64,000 nt of DNA from Mobula hypostoma (Eukaryota). How positions within the stretch are numbered: position 1 is the first letter of the stretch; every line of letters starts with the position of its first letter. Location of the stretch: the NCBI RefSeq assembly GCF_963921235.1, contig NC_086108.1, positions 81,408,001 through 81,472,000 of the forward strand, in the 5' to 3' direction. The translations under genes were made by a program, and so were the position numbers. The notes beneath the pieces were generated by a model, which worked only from the letters and a program-made list of their open reading frames with translations, ran no database searches and was not told where the DNA came from. Of the stretch, positions 49,670-62,340 are shown piece by piece.

Positions 49670-52290
49670 TGAAGTGATAACACTGAGGATTGTAAAGTTG
49701 CTGACCCTCTCCAACACTCCAGTCCTGATGGTTATGGACCTCTGGTTTCCTCCTCCTTGAAATCAATAATCAGTTCCTTGGTCTTGGTGACATTGAGTGA
49801 GAGGTTGTTGTTGAGAGACCACTCAGCCAGGATCAACCTTTGATTTGGCCATCAGCAAATTTAAATATGGTATTGAAGCTGTGCTTAGCCACACGGTCAC
49901 AAATGTAAAGGAAGTAGTGGTAGGCAGCCGTCGATCCCAGGGGACATTGGGTTTGCGCCTCTAGTGGACCGTGTCCTCTCCAGGGCGCAAGCCTGGGCAG
50001 GAAGATTTGAAGAACTGGCTGTTGCCCATGCAGTGGGATCCCCCTCTCCATGTCACCGATGTAGTCCAAGGGAAGTGCAAGCGTCGATACAGCTTGGCAT
50101 CAGCGTCATTGCAGAGGTTGCCAGAGTGAAGCCGTAAACAACATCAAACTGCCTTAGGGACCCCAGCTCCAGATTTCTTCCTTGTGGTTTACTCCCGAAG
50201 CCTTTCCGATGGGTGAGTATGGCTGCAAGGCAGCAGAGGTTTCAAATCTGTGTTTTCCTTCTCCTGGGCGGGCTGCCATCCAAGGCTGACGAGCCTCACC
50301 TGCCGGAAAAGCAGGTAGAGAAGTACACCTGTGCTGATGAGATTGTGGAGGAGATGTTGTTGCCAATCCAAACTGAATGGGGTCTGCAAGTGAGGAAATC
50401 AAAGATTGAATTGCACAATGAGGCATTGAGGAATATGTCCTGAAGCTTATTGATTAGTTTTGAGATGATATTGAATACTGGGCTATAGTTGATAAAGAGC
50501 ATCCTGATGTATGCATCTTTGCTGAACAGATTTTCCAGGGTTGAGTGAAGAGCTAATGAGATAACATTTTCTCTGGACCTGTTGTGCCAGAAGGCAAATT
50601 GGAACAGATCCAAGTCACTTCTCAGGCAGGAATTGATATGTTTCATTCACCAACATCTCAAAACACGTAATTACTATGGATGATTACCACTTTTTTCTCA
50701 GGCACTGGTCGAACTGAAGCCTGCTAGAAGCAGATGGGTACCTCAGACTGCCAAAGCGAGTGGTTAAAGATCTCAATGAGCACTCCAGCCAATTGGTCAG
50801 CACAGGTCTTTAATATTCGGCCAGGTACCCCGGAGACTGAAATCACAATATTATTGGGGACCGTGGGAGTTCGTGATGGTTCCTCCATGTTTTCACGGTC
50901 AAAGAAGGCATTGAGCTCATTTCGATTGATGCCCTGTTGTCAGCTATGTTACTTGATTTCATTCTGTAAGAGGTGATAGTATTCAAGCCTGGCTACAGGT
51001 GTCAAGAATTCTTCAGTGATTCAAATTTAGTCTGGTCTTGCCACTTCACCCATGAGATGGCATTGCAGAGATCGTACCTGGCTTATAACCTTCTTGGTTT
51101 TCAGACTTGAAGGCCTCTGATCTCAGCAGATTGAGGATCTCATGGTTCATCCAAGGCTTCTGTTTGGGGCCTCTGAATGATTTTGTGAGGACATCCTCAT
51201 CTACAACTGTTTTTATGAAGTCGATGATGACCGTGGTGCATTCATTCAGATCCTCTGATGAGTCCTTGAACAGCACCCAGTCCACCAACTTGAATCAATT
51301 CCATAGCCACTCCTCTGCCTGTCACGATCACTTCTTTGTTTTCCTAATCTCTGGAGCTTCGCTCTTTAGCCTCTGCCTGTAAGAAGGTAGAAGGGCAGCC
51401 AAGTGATCAGATTTCCCCAAGTGCAGTCTGGGCATGGAACAGTAAGTGTCCCTTTTCTTAATATAGCAGTGGTCTAGTGTGTTGGGACCTCTGGTGCTAA
51501 AGCTTATATGCTGATTGTGATTGGGCAGGGATTTCTGATTGCAATTCCCGACTATGATATGAAATGAGACAGGGTGGACTGTTTCCTCTTTGATGACAGC
51601 ATCATTCAGTACCTCAAACACATGATTATAGTCGGCCACTAGTGGTTTGTAAACTGTGGTCGGGATCACAGAAGTGAACTCTGTCAGTAAATCGTGAGGT
51701 GTTCAAGGTTGAAGGAACATGAGTATGTCAAAACTGCCACATCAGAACACCACGGAGATTTTATCATGAAACAGACAACACCATCTTTTGATTTTTCTGA
51801 ATCAGCAGTTCGGTCCATCCCGTATATCGAGAAACCTCTAGGTCTGATTGCTGTATCTGGTGTACTCTGAGTAAGACTTGTCTCAGTAAAACATGGAGTA
51901 CAATAGTAACTCATTTCCCTTTGATACTGCAATCTTCCTCTTTGGCCCACAATTTTGTTCTCCAGTGACTGCATATTTGTTAATTAGATGCTGGGAGGAG
52001 GGGGTCTTACTCCTGTGCATTTTAGGCTGGTTTGGAGTCCTCCCCTCCTGCCTCACTTCCAGCAAAGGCGATGAACTTTCATCCGCTTAAAGACACTGTC
52101 CCTGCTTGCTTGAGAGTTAAGTTTAGTGAGTCCTTCAGAAGATTGCGAAATCTGTAGTTCATTAAGTTGATTCAAAATGCATAGCTTAAAGTGAAATTAC
52201 ATGCCACAGATTACAGTGAGAGTAATTCAGAAGAGGTATATTTGGAAGTAGCAGACCATCGCTGTGGTTCACCAAGACCATCTTGAAGGC
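49670..52290 (-). mobile_element. Rex1/Babar LINE retaining its 5' end, endonuclease and RT; 3' end lost
   Basis: Minus-strand start aagatggtc at ~52284. Motifs SLENK..CFTET, TLDHCY..GKSDH, KPWMN, RMLFINYSPVFN, FKFAD. Confidence 0.9.
49914..50307 (-). mobile_element. Short RTE-related non-autonomous element nested in Rex1
   Basis: Minus strand ggcagcccgcccaggagaaggaaaacacagatttgaaacc (RTE-like 5' motif) ending in ctaccactac; interrupts the Rex1 RT. Confidence 0.5.
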
Positions 52291-52489
52291 TTAGAGAGGT
52301 AGGCAAATTGAAAATAATTAATTGCAGCTAAAAGATAAGTCAAGTGCAGTGATAAATATCTGAAGTTGGAAAATTAAAATGTTTAAACAGAATGGAGGCA
52401 GCTAAGAAGAAACAAAGGGCAGAACGCCTCTGTTGGGAGTAATTTAGCACTGAGATAGTGGTTTCCAAGAAGTAGCAGAACAGGTAAAG

Positions 52490-53537
52490 ATGTCAAGCTA
52501 ACAGGTCCATAATTTCCTTTTTGCTTCCTTGCCCCCTTCTTAAATAGCGGAGTGACATTTGCAATCTTCCAGTCCTCCGGAACCATGCCAGAATCTATCA
52601 ACTTTTGAAAGATCATCACTAATGCCTCCGCAATCTCCACAGCTACTTCCTTCAGAACACAAGAGTGCATTCCATCTGGTCCGGGAGATTTATCGACCTT
52701 TAGACAATTCAACTTCCTGAGTACTTTCTCTGTTGTAATTGTGACTGCGCACACTTCTCTTCCCTGCCACCCTTGAGTGTCCGGTATACTGCTGATGTCT
52801 TCCTTAGTGAAGACTGATGCAAAATACTCGTTCAGTTCCTCTGCCATCTCCTTATCTCCCATTACAATTTCTCCAGCATCATTTTCTATCAGTCCTATAT
52901 CTACTCTCACCTGTCTTTTACTCTTTATATACTTGAAAAAGCTTTTAGTATCCTCTTTGATATTATTTGCTAACTTCCTTTCATAGTTAATCTTTTCCCT
53001 CTTAATGACCTCCTTAGTTTCCTTTTGTAAGGTTTTAAAAACTTCCCAATCCTCTGTCTTCCCACTAATTTTTGCTTCCTTGTATGCCCTCTCCTTTGCT
53101 TTAACTTTGGCTTTGACTTCTCTTGTCAACCACGGTTGCATCCTTTTTCCATTCGAAAATTTCTTCTTTTTTGGAATATACCTGTCTTGCTCCTTCCTCA
53201 CTTCTCGCATAAACTCCAGCCACTGCTGCTCTGCCGTCTTTCCCGCCAGTGTCCCTTTCCAGTCAACTTTGGCCAGTTCCTCTCTCATGCCACTGTAATT
53301 TCCTTTACTCCACTGAAGTACAAATCATCAGACTTCGGCTTCTCTTTCTCAAATTTCACAGTGAACTCATTCATGTTATGATCACTGTCTCCTAAGGGTT
53401 CCTTCACCTCAATCTCTCTAATCACCTCCGGTTCATCACACAATACCCAATCCAGTACAGCCGATCCCCTAGTGGGCTCAACAACAAGCTGTTCTAAAAA
53501 GCCATCTCGCAGACATTCTACAAATTCTGTCTCTTGA
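52490..53537 (-). mobile_element. Internal CR1 ORF2 fragment (same subfamily as 36543-40163)
   Basis: ORFs 52383-53288 and 53285-53581 are nearly identical to ~37730-38770. Confidence 0.95.
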
Positions 53538-53957
53538 GAATTTCTCAATCCACACAGATACAAGGCTGTAATTGCTGTCAAAGTGCATCTACTAAATATT
53601 GACTCAAAGGGAGTGAGTAGTTGTGCAATTATTGTTTTATGTTTCTAATTAATTTAGATCACTTTGTAGAGATCTGGTTTCACTTTGACATGAAAGAGTC
53701 TTTTTCTGTTGATCACTTCAAAAAAAAACAAATTAAATCCACTGTGATTCAAAGTTGCAAAACAATAAAACATGAACTTCTAAGGAGGTGTAAACTATGT
53801 TCCCTCTAAGCTGTGCGCGTGTGTGCGCACACACATTTTTCAACTGGCGCACAAAGGAAATTAATCTGTGCACAAAAGGTTAGTTACCTAAATTAATGTA
53901 GTAATTAAAAATTATACTTATTGAAAATAATCTTTTAGCTATATGTTTCTGTTAACT

Positions 53958-54320
53958 CAAACAACAGGAATTCTGCAGATGCTGGAAATTCAAGCAACAC
54001 ACATCAAAGTTGCTGGTGAACGCAGCAGGCCAGGCAGCATCTCTAGGAAGCGGTACAGTCGACGTTTCAGGCCGAGACCCTTCGTCAGGATTAACTGAAG
54101 GAAAAGTTAGTAAGAGATTTGAGAGTGGGAGGGGGAGGGGGAGATCCAAAATGATAGGAAATCCAAAATTTTGGATCTCCCCCTCCCCCTCCCACTTTCA
54201 AATCTCTTACTAACTCTTCCTTCTGTTAGTCCTGACAAAGGGTCTCAGCCTGAAACGTCAACTGTACCTCTTCCTAGAGATGCTGCCTGGCCTGCTGCGT
54301 TCACCAGCAACTTTGATGTG
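53958..54320 (-). mobile_element. Non-coding palindromic Penelope-like mini-insertion inside the hAT
   Basis: Arms ~53997-54152 and ~54168-54324 are inverted. Perfect 14-bp TSD tgtttctgttaact at 53944-53957 / 54321-54334. Confidence 0.92.
54057..54092 (-). ncRNA. Minimal hammerhead motif (core intact, one stem I mismatch); the mirrored copy at 54228-54263(+) has CUGACAA
   Basis: Reverse complement aatc-ctgacga-agggtctcggcct-gaaa-cgtc-gact. Confidence 0.7.
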
Positions 54321-55577
54321 TGTTTCTGTTAACTAGTTAGTCGGTTTTTCAAATACCACAATGCACGTCACTAATTTACGTCACCTCACCTTTCCTGTTC
54401 TGGGATCTGGGAGACGATATTTCGTGGAGTGACAAAGTTAAAGTTTTGCTAAGCCAACAACGTGAAGAAAACTTCACAGTAGGTACAAGGTCGCTGTTGA
54501 CTTTTATATATAGTCGTTGTGTTCATTTAGAAGAAAGGTTTCCTGAAGATGAGATACAAGAATGGTCAGCTTTGGATTTCTCCTCAATTGCACATTGTGA
54601 TTTCAAATTTGGCAATGAAAAAGTTTAATGCCTTATGTCTAAAATATCATGATTTTCTAGCTGAAAATGCTGTAGTAGTTAGACAGTTTAATGATTTCAA
54701 ATTTTCTGTGCAAGAAAAAATTAAATCCAAACTGATTTCAAACTTTGCTCAAATGGTGGCATTTCTACTTCAAAATGAACAGTTTTGCGACCTTGCACAG
54801 TTGATGGACATTGGGGGAACCTTCCTTGCATCTAGTGCGGACTGTGAGTGAGGTTTTAGCCTAATGCATCAACTCAAAAACAAGCTGAGAAACCGTTTAG
54901 GTGAATGTCATTTGGATATGTTAATGAGAATCAAAAGCTATCAATGGGATGGAAGTTCTATTAGTCGGGATAGAGTTTACAAAGAATGGGTAAATGCCAA
55001 AGACAGGAGAGAGAGAAAATAACCGAGTGACTTAAATATGTATGTTATTTTGTTGTTATTCTGTGCAGTTTTACGTCAAATGTTTTGTAAACCTATATAA
55101 ACTGTGCCACGTGTGCATTCAGTACTTTTGTCACAGGAAAAAAATTTGCACAATATAAGATTTTTGCGCACACTGACTACTAAAAATTAGAGGGAACATT
55201 GGGAGTGAATACTACTTATAGGCATAGACAAGCTCTCTACAAAGCATTTGCAGTTCTCTTTGTTACCACGCCCAAGTATGCTCAGAAACTTTAAAAAAAG
55301 AAATACACACACAGCATTTTTAAGCAGGTAATATGCAAACGTAACAAAATTACAGCATGCTGTGGCAAGGCAATGTGGGAGGTGTCTGGCACAGTGACTG
55401 CAACTGAAAAAGACTCAAGAAAGTTTAGTGTTTAGACTGAATTTTAGAAGAGCTGAAGCTGAAAGGTTTTTTTGGATCCCAAGGTTTCCTAGGCATGGAG
55501 GACATTTTTGAACACATTGACTGGTCATATTTGGTCAGGGAGGCATCAGCCCTGACTGAGGTGCATCTCTTAAACGA

Positions 55578-55745
55578 CATACACAAAATGCTGGAGGAAG
55601 TCTGCAGGTCAGGCAACATCTTTGTCATCAAGATGAAGGATCACAGCCCAAAGTGCTGACTGCTTATTTCCCTCTAAAGATGCTGCCTGACCTACTGAGT
55701 TCCTCCAGCATTTTCAAGATTTCCAGCACCTGCAAAATCTTTGGA
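55578..55745 (+). mobile_element. Old mini fold-back Penelope-like relic
   Basis: aaaatgctggaggaa..aggtcaggcaacatc inverted to gatgctgcctgacct..ttcctccagcatttt, around a decayed hammerhead (gatgaaggatcacagcccaaa). Confidence 0.7.
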
Positions 55746-55919
55746 ATCTTGGAGGTGCTTATTTAGTAACTTGTGTGTGTGAAGGAAGCTGAGGTTAAAC
55801 CATTAGCCTGCACGAGTTTTCTCCACATCTTGGTGCTCATCAAGTATATCACATTCCCAGTCTCCCGGTCAGAGAATGCTGCCTGACACTGTCATGGAGC
55901 AGGAATTGACTAAATAATG

Positions 55920-56119
55920 GATAGCTGTGGAGACAACATCACTGGGTACATTTAAAGTAGAGGTGGATAGGTTCTTTATTAGTAAGGACACCGAAGGTTG
56001 CAGGGAGAAGGCAGCAGAATGAGGTTGAGAGGGAAAATAAATCTGACATGATTGAATTATGGAGCAGTATTGATGGGCCGAATGGCCTAATTCTGCTCTT
56101 CTGTCTTATAACCTTATGG
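55920..56119 (+). mobile_element. CR1 3' tail
   Basis: gctgtggagac..tttaaagtagaggtggatagg..gggccgaatggcctaattctgctc..tcttat. Confidence 0.75.
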
Positions 56120-56552
56120 AAGTATAATTACAGAGGATATTCACATGAAGCGAAATCAGAATTTGAATTTGCTATGATTTAGAAGGCATGTTCTTGTTTC
56201 CTTAATATCATGTGCTTTATGGATGTATGCATTAAAATACTTCCTCTTGACTGATTACTAAAGTTATCCTGACTGTTACCGCTACATTTGTCAGCAATTC
56301 CACTTCCCGCCCCCCCCAACCCTCATCCCTGATGTCCTTGCCAAGAACACTAATGCTGCTAGCTACAGTCACGAAAGGGTTTTTCGCCGATCTTCAGTCT
56401 AAATCTCCAATTTTATCTCTGGAAAAAGTCATGTTTATACAGTACATTTCAAATTACTTTTAGTATTCCACAAAATGACTTGAGGCATATTTTAAGTGTA
56501 CTCCATTGTGAAATGTAATGTCATTCTGTGCTCAGAAAACTCTCAACTACCG

Positions 56553-57560
56553 GTGACCAGTGGTGTGCCTCAGGGATCTGTTCTGGGACCCCCTACTCTT
56601 TGTGATTTTTATAACTGACCTGAATGAGGAAGTGGAGGGATGGGTTAGTAAGTTTGCTGATGACACAAAGGTTTGGTGTGTTGTGGATAGTGTGAAAGGC
56701 TGTCAGAGGTTACAATGGGACATTGATAGGATGCAAAACTGGGCTGAGAAGTTGCAGATGGAGTTCAACCCAGATAAGTGTGAGGTGGTTCATTTTGGTA
56801 GGTCAAATATGATGGCAGAATATAGTATTAAAGGTAAGACTCTTGGCAGTGTGGAGGATCAGAGGGATCTTGGGGTCCAAGTCCATAAGATACTCAAAGC
56901 TACTGCGCAGGTTGACTCTGGTTAAGAAGGCATATGATACATTGACCTTCATCAATCGTGGGATTGAGTTTAAGAGCTGAGAGGTAATGTTGCAGCTGTA
57001 TAGGATCCTGGTCAGACCACACTTGGCGTACTGTGCTCGGTTCTGGTCGCCTCACGACAGGAAGGATGTGGAAGCCATAGAAAGGGTGCAGAGGAGATTT
57101 ACAAGGATGTTGCCTGGATTGGGGAGCATGCCTTGTGAGAATAGGTTGAGTGAGCTCAGCCTTTTCTCCTTGGAATGACGGAGGATGAAAGGTGACTTGA
57201 GAGAAGTGTACAAGATAATAAGAGGCCTTGATCCTGTGGATAGTCAGAGGCTTTTCCCCAGGGCTGAACTGGCTAGCATGAAAGGGCATAGTTTTAAAGT
57301 GCTTGGAAATAGGTACAGAGGAGATGTCTGGGTTAAGTTTTTTACGCAGAGAGTGGTGAGTGCGTTGAATGGGCTGCCGGCGGTGGTAGTGGAGGCGGAA
57401 ACGATAGAGTCTTTTAAGAGACTCCTGGATGGGTACATGGAGCTTAGAAAAATAGAGCGCTATGGGTAAAGTCTAGCTAGTTCTAAGGTAGGGACATGTT
57501 TGGCACAGCTTTGTGGGCCAAAAGGCCTGTGTTGTGCTGTAGGTTTTCTGTGTTTCTATG
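56553..57560 (+). mobile_element. 5'-truncated CR1 (subfamily of 2161-3046)
   Basis: GVPQGSVLG, KFADDTK, ERVQRRFTRM; tail gttttctgtgtttctatg. Confidence 0.95.
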
Positions 57561-57714
57561 TACAGCAGCATGATAGTAACAGGACAATCCATTTTGATTA
57601 TGGGATAAATAATGTCTATGAGCCAAGGGAGATCTCACCTTTTCAATATTATATACAGCTCTCCTAATTCCATTGGACAGAGGCACCTCAAACCAGGAAT
57701 GTCATCTTAAATTT

Positions 57715-57896
57715 GCCTTTGTTCATCCTCTCTGAGCCCTGTGGCACGTTGGGTGGTAACCTTGCCGGTTCTTTAGCACTTGTCTGTTTTTTACGCGGCC
57801 GAGTTGGAAAGTCTGCCAGGAGTCAGTCGGATTTGATCCCCTGACTACTCGCCTCAAAGTCTAGTGCGGATGCGACTACACCACAGGCTGGCACAC
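57715..57896 (-). mobile_element. tRNA-derived SINE (same family as 15301-16225)
   Basis: Minus strand gccagcctgtggtgtagtcgcatccgcactagactttgaggcgagtag. Confidence 0.7.
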
Positions 57897-58162
57897 CTTA
57901 AACTTACATATTCATTTTTCTGCCGGGGCTTGAACTCACAACCCACCCACTCAGACATTAAAGTCCTTTCAAGTGAGCAACAAGTTATTAATATAACACT
58001 ACTATTCAAACACCACTCTTAACATAGTTCAACATTTTGCAATACATAGCATTACAAATCCAGGGCAGGCAGCCGACACAACATTGTTTTGTGCTGCACA
58101 AAGGAAGTTGGCCTAGAATTCAATTGCTAACTACAACTGGATCCTTTATGTCCATTAGTGCT

Positions 58163-58475
58163 GGGGAAGCACAGTAGAACAGCGGTTAGTGTACTAGTTT
58201 TACAGTACTAGCGATCAGGGTTTAATTCCCACTGCAGTCTATAAGGAGTTTGTACGTTCTTCCCATGACTGCATGGGTTTCCTCCAGGTGCTCTGGTTTC
58301 CTCCCACATGGCAACGATATGCGGTTAGGGTTAGTGAGTTGTGCAGACGCTATGTTGCCAGCACTTGCAGCCTGTCCCCAGCACAATCCTGGTCATTGGT
58401 GCAAAATGACACATTTCGCTGTATGTTTTGATGTTTCAATGTCACATGTGACAAATACAGTAAAGCTAATCTTTA
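58163..58475 (+). mobile_element. HE1/V-SINE
   Basis: gggtttaattccc box B; gggtttcctccaggtgctctggtttcctcccaca V-domain. Confidence 0.85.
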
Positions 58476-59287
58476 GTTTCCAAAACTTGTCCTGAGTATT
58501 ATAAATTCATGCCGAGAGACTGACAGGCATATGTAGTGAGATCAAGTAATTATTTTCCAACAAAGGGTCTCCAATTTAAAATACAGAGTGATCCTCATTC
58601 CTCTCCTCATAGCACCAATTTGCCTCTTGAACACATTGGCATTTTCTGATTTTATCTCTTGTCGTCAGCATCCGCAACATTTTTCTCTTCAATTACTGAA
58701 TCTTATCTCCAGTTATTATTCCCCTGGTCCCTGATCTCTGGGAACAACTTCCCCTCACTCACCCTTCCTACACTAGATGGCATCTTCCGCACTTCCATCA
58801 AATCTCCGTCAACCTCTTTTGCTTCAGTTTCCTCAGTTTAGCAACTCTGGAAGTAGTTCAGTAAATCTTTTCTAGAACCTTCTTGCCCTCCTAAAGTTAG
58901 GGGCCCAGAGTTTCAGTTAGGCTTGGCCTCACCTGGTCCATGAGCAGACTGCTGAAGGTACTTATCTCCTCATGAGTAGTGCTCAATATGGCAGATGGTT
59001 AACATGTGGCTGGGAGTGTGACCAGGTCCCCAGCCTGGGATTCTGAGGCATGAAGCTCTAGAAATAGGAGAAGTGCAATGCCACCAGTCGGCTCTATTAC
59101 TCAAGGTTGTTGTAAGTTCTAAGCTGGAGAACAGGACTGAAGCTGAGAATAAAGCAGATTGACAGCTTAATGCAGTGGCCAGTGAATTAGCATGCACGGT
59201 CTTCAGAGGAAAGCAAACCGCACAGAAGTACATAAAGAACAAACAATGACGGATGCCGGTCAATCATTTGCTCATTTTCTTTTTGTG

Positions 59288-59475
59288 TCACACCAAATTC
59301 TGGAGGAACTCAGCAGATCAGGGTCCTCAGAAGGGCCAGTCCTGAAGAAGGGTTTCAGCCTCAAACATCAACCGTTTATTCCTCTCCAAAGATGCTGCCT
59401 GAACTGCTGAATTCCTCTGGTATTTTAGTGTGTGTTGCTGTGGATTTCTAGCATCTTCAAAATCTCCTGTGTTTA
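59288..59475 (+). mobile_element. Old mini fold-back Penelope-like relic
   Basis: ctggaggaactcagcagatcagg / cctgaactgctgaattcctctgg flank agtc-ctgaaga-agggtttcagcct-caaacatc. Confidence 0.7.
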
Positions 59476-60619
59476 TGATTTCAGTTTAAATATTTTTGCC
59501 CTAATTTCTTAAGTTAGCAGCATAGATCTGAATACCTCTAATATTTCCTGTAAGTGCAAAATTATGAGGCATGCCAATGTTCAATCTACTTTCATCTCGA
59601 ATATTTCTTCCAACAGATTGAAACCTGTGCATGTTGGGGACTGTCTAACTTGCATTCTTTTCCCCATACAAAGTATGGATAGAGGCATGTTTGCAATTGT
59701 ACGGTTACAAATTAACACCAGCTTCTAAGAAAAAAATTACAGTTTAGGCTCACGTAGCTGAATAGACAATAAAATGATTGAGAACTGGAGAGCCTTTGAA
59801 AATAAATACCTTCATGTGAGGTGACAAGGCCACGTTATGAATGATGAGCTGAAAGAAGAATGCAAGTGGCTGCAATTGTTGCACTGTAACTGAGAAGAAG
59901 TAATAGTAGAAGAATAAAAGGTACAGCCAAATTAGTTAGAAGTGATATACCTTTTAATTTGGATATTAAGTGACTAAAGAGAGAACTGACCGAGCCTTGA
60001 AACTAAATGTGGACCTTATCTAATGCTTTGGTCTGTGCCTCCTGATATTAGAGTTTCCGACAAGCCATGCCTGGTCATGCCTTTCCAGATAGCACAAGTT
60101 CAGGGGTTGGAAGTGGCTTTCAAGTTACCTTGTTTATTTGCTGGTTTGTCCCTGCATAGTGTGACGCCAAGCTAAATTTCTCTGATAGCTCTGCCCAACA
60201 TGGATGAGCTGCCATTTCCTCCATTTCCTCTCCCCTGTCACAATCTCCACTCTCTCATTCCCAATTCTTCTCAAGTTCAAGTTTACTGTCATTCAGCCAA
60301 ATGAAACATCGTTCCTCTGGGGCCAACGTACAAAGCACAGTACATACAGTCGCACAGCACCAACCTTATATTTACGACCCGGCACATACAGTCACCAAAA
60401 AAAATATTATCACGCACCTCTAAGTGGCATGGCCTGAAGGTTGACAGGTTTACATAAAGTGTGATGTGTATGGTTATGTAAGACAGCATAATGTTACTGA
60501 CACTATTGTATCACATCAGGCTGAATCAGTCTTTTAGATCTATTTTGATCAAAATGAATTGCCAATATCTCTATATCATAAATATTGCCTATTTCTAATG
60601 CTGTAGAATTAACCCTTTC

Positions 60620-61000
60620 TCAGGCATCATTCTGAAAATCTCATCCATGTTTTTACCATCTCCCCATCCAATTATTCTCACCTTTTGCTGGCCGGGTTCA
60701 GTTCATCAGTCACCTCTCAGAAGAGTCTCGATGATCAGACAGCATTTCCTTGACTTAAAATTCCTTTTCCCTTGTTTGGCTCTCCTCACAGCTTCTCTCT
60801 TTGCAACCTCTCTAATCCTGAAGCAACTCCACCCCTCCAAAGCCCCTCTTCTCATATTCCCAATGAATGTGTGCAGCCCACTCCTTTGCTCCACCCCAAA
60901 GGGGTCTGCTTCCAACAGTGGAATTATCTCTTCTTTCACACTATTTCTACCACTTACTCTAAAAATATTCTTAAACTTTCTTGACTCAAGCAACAAAAAA
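60620..61000 (+). mobile_element. Probable L2 3' relic
   Basis: ttaaaattccttttcccttgtttgg..ctctctttgcaacctc..actctaaaaatattcttaaac resembles L2 C-terminal consensus. Confidence 0.35.
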
Positions 61001-61064
61001 TATAGCCACTCATTCAATTATCTCTTTCTGATTTAATGTTAATTGTGTCTTAACATGCTTCTAT

Positions 61065-61605
61065 AGTTGTACGGTGGACAGCATTCTGACAGGCTGCATC
61101 ACCATCTGGTATGGAGGGGCTACTGCACAGGACCAAAAGAAGCTACAGAGGGTTATAAATTTAGTCACCTCCATCTTGGGTGCTAGCCTACAAAGTATCC
61201 AGGACATTTTTAGGGAGCGGTGTCTCAGAAAGGCAGCGTCCATTATTAAGGAGCCCCAGCACCCAGTGCATGCCCTTTCCTCACTGTTACCATCAGGTAG
61301 GAGATACAGAAGCCTGAAGGCACACACTCAACGATTCAGGAACAGCTTCTTCCCCTCTGCCATCCGATTCCTAAATAGACATTGAAGCTTTGGACACTAC
61401 CTCACTTTATTTTTTAATTATACAGTATTTCTGTCTTTGCACATTTTTAATCTATTCAATATACGTATTGATTTACTTGTTTATTTATTACGTTTTATTT
61501 TATTTTTTTTCTCTGCTAGATTATGTATTGCATTGAACTGCTGCTGCTAACAAATTTCACATCACATGCCGGTGATAATAAAACTGATTCTGATTCTGAT
61601 TCTGA
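61065..61605 (+). mobile_element. Rex1/Babar 3' fragment
   Basis: ORF 61074-61385 ([32 protein letters not shown]); (ATTCTG)n tail. Confidence 0.92.
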
Positions 61606-62318
61606 ATTAACTTTGGACATGTTCCCAAGTTCAAAACGAAGTGTATGTATTGCTATCATTCAGGATTTGCCAGATATAACATGTTCATTCGGGGCTATCA
61701 GAGGCATACAATTCGGTAAACAAAATTAAGAAGGTATTTGTTATCTCTGCAAAGTGCTTTGCCTTCTTTATTGCTCCATATCAGTTTAACATTGGACTGC
61801 ATTAAGTATCTTGGCAACTGTGAATCACATAGCTATTTGGTTGAGATGAGATGCCAGACAGTGGGTGTTAATTCAGATCAAATAAAGGACAACGCCCCGT
61901 AAGTTCCTGTGGGCCTGCTGCACCTAGGGGTGTGTCAGAGCTGAACACCACCTTCTAACACCCAAGGACTTGGACTCCATCAGAAACTGGGCGGAGCTAA
62001 TTTTGGCTCTTTGTTACTTTGAGAGATTTTTAGAAGCAGCCACCTTCCTCATCCCAATCCAACTAGTTGTGACAGTGTGACTCTATTGAAAACCAAAAAT
62101 CTGCAAATGTTGGGAACCTGAAATAGAGCCAGAAAACGTCAGACAGCATCTGTGGAAAGGATGGCAGAGTGAACTGTCAGTTTAAAAACTATGACAAGAG
62201 TCTTTGACCTGAAAAATTAACAGTTTCTCTTTTTTATAGATGCTGCCTGACCTTCTGAATGTTTGAGCACTTTCTAAATTATTCCCATTTTTTTGAGAGC
62301 AAGTTTGAATTTGCTCTG

Positions 62319-62340
62319 CTCTCTCTCTCTCTCTCTCTCT
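62319..62340. repeat. (CT)n microsatellite, followed by a Rex1 RT scrap to ~62510
   Basis: About 11 CT units, then THDCVA..DEEEYR. Confidence 0.8.

Larger units (their letters stand above)
53795..55201 (+). mobile_element. Internally deleted hAT transposon (ZNF862-like dimerisation domain)
   Basis: TIRs ctatgttccctctaa / ttagagggaacattg. 8-bp TSD-like ggtgtaaa / ggagtgaa (6/8). Motif ASSADCE*GFSLMHQLKNKLRNRL..LDMLMRI at 54825-54935. Confidence 0.88.
53545..55224 (+). mobile_element. Tc1 3' end and right TIR (53545-53794 plus 55202-55224) split by a hAT
   Basis: aggctgtaattgctg..gcatctactaaatattga (KAVIA..ASTKY*). The TIR is homologous to 47590-47804 and finishes gtgaatactacttataggca after the hAT. 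Confidence 0.85.

Noticed and set aside
59810..59890. Minus-strand mini-exon candidate (ttctcag...gaag|gtattt)
   Set aside because: Two frames contain stops, the third is unrecognisable, and there is no partner exon.
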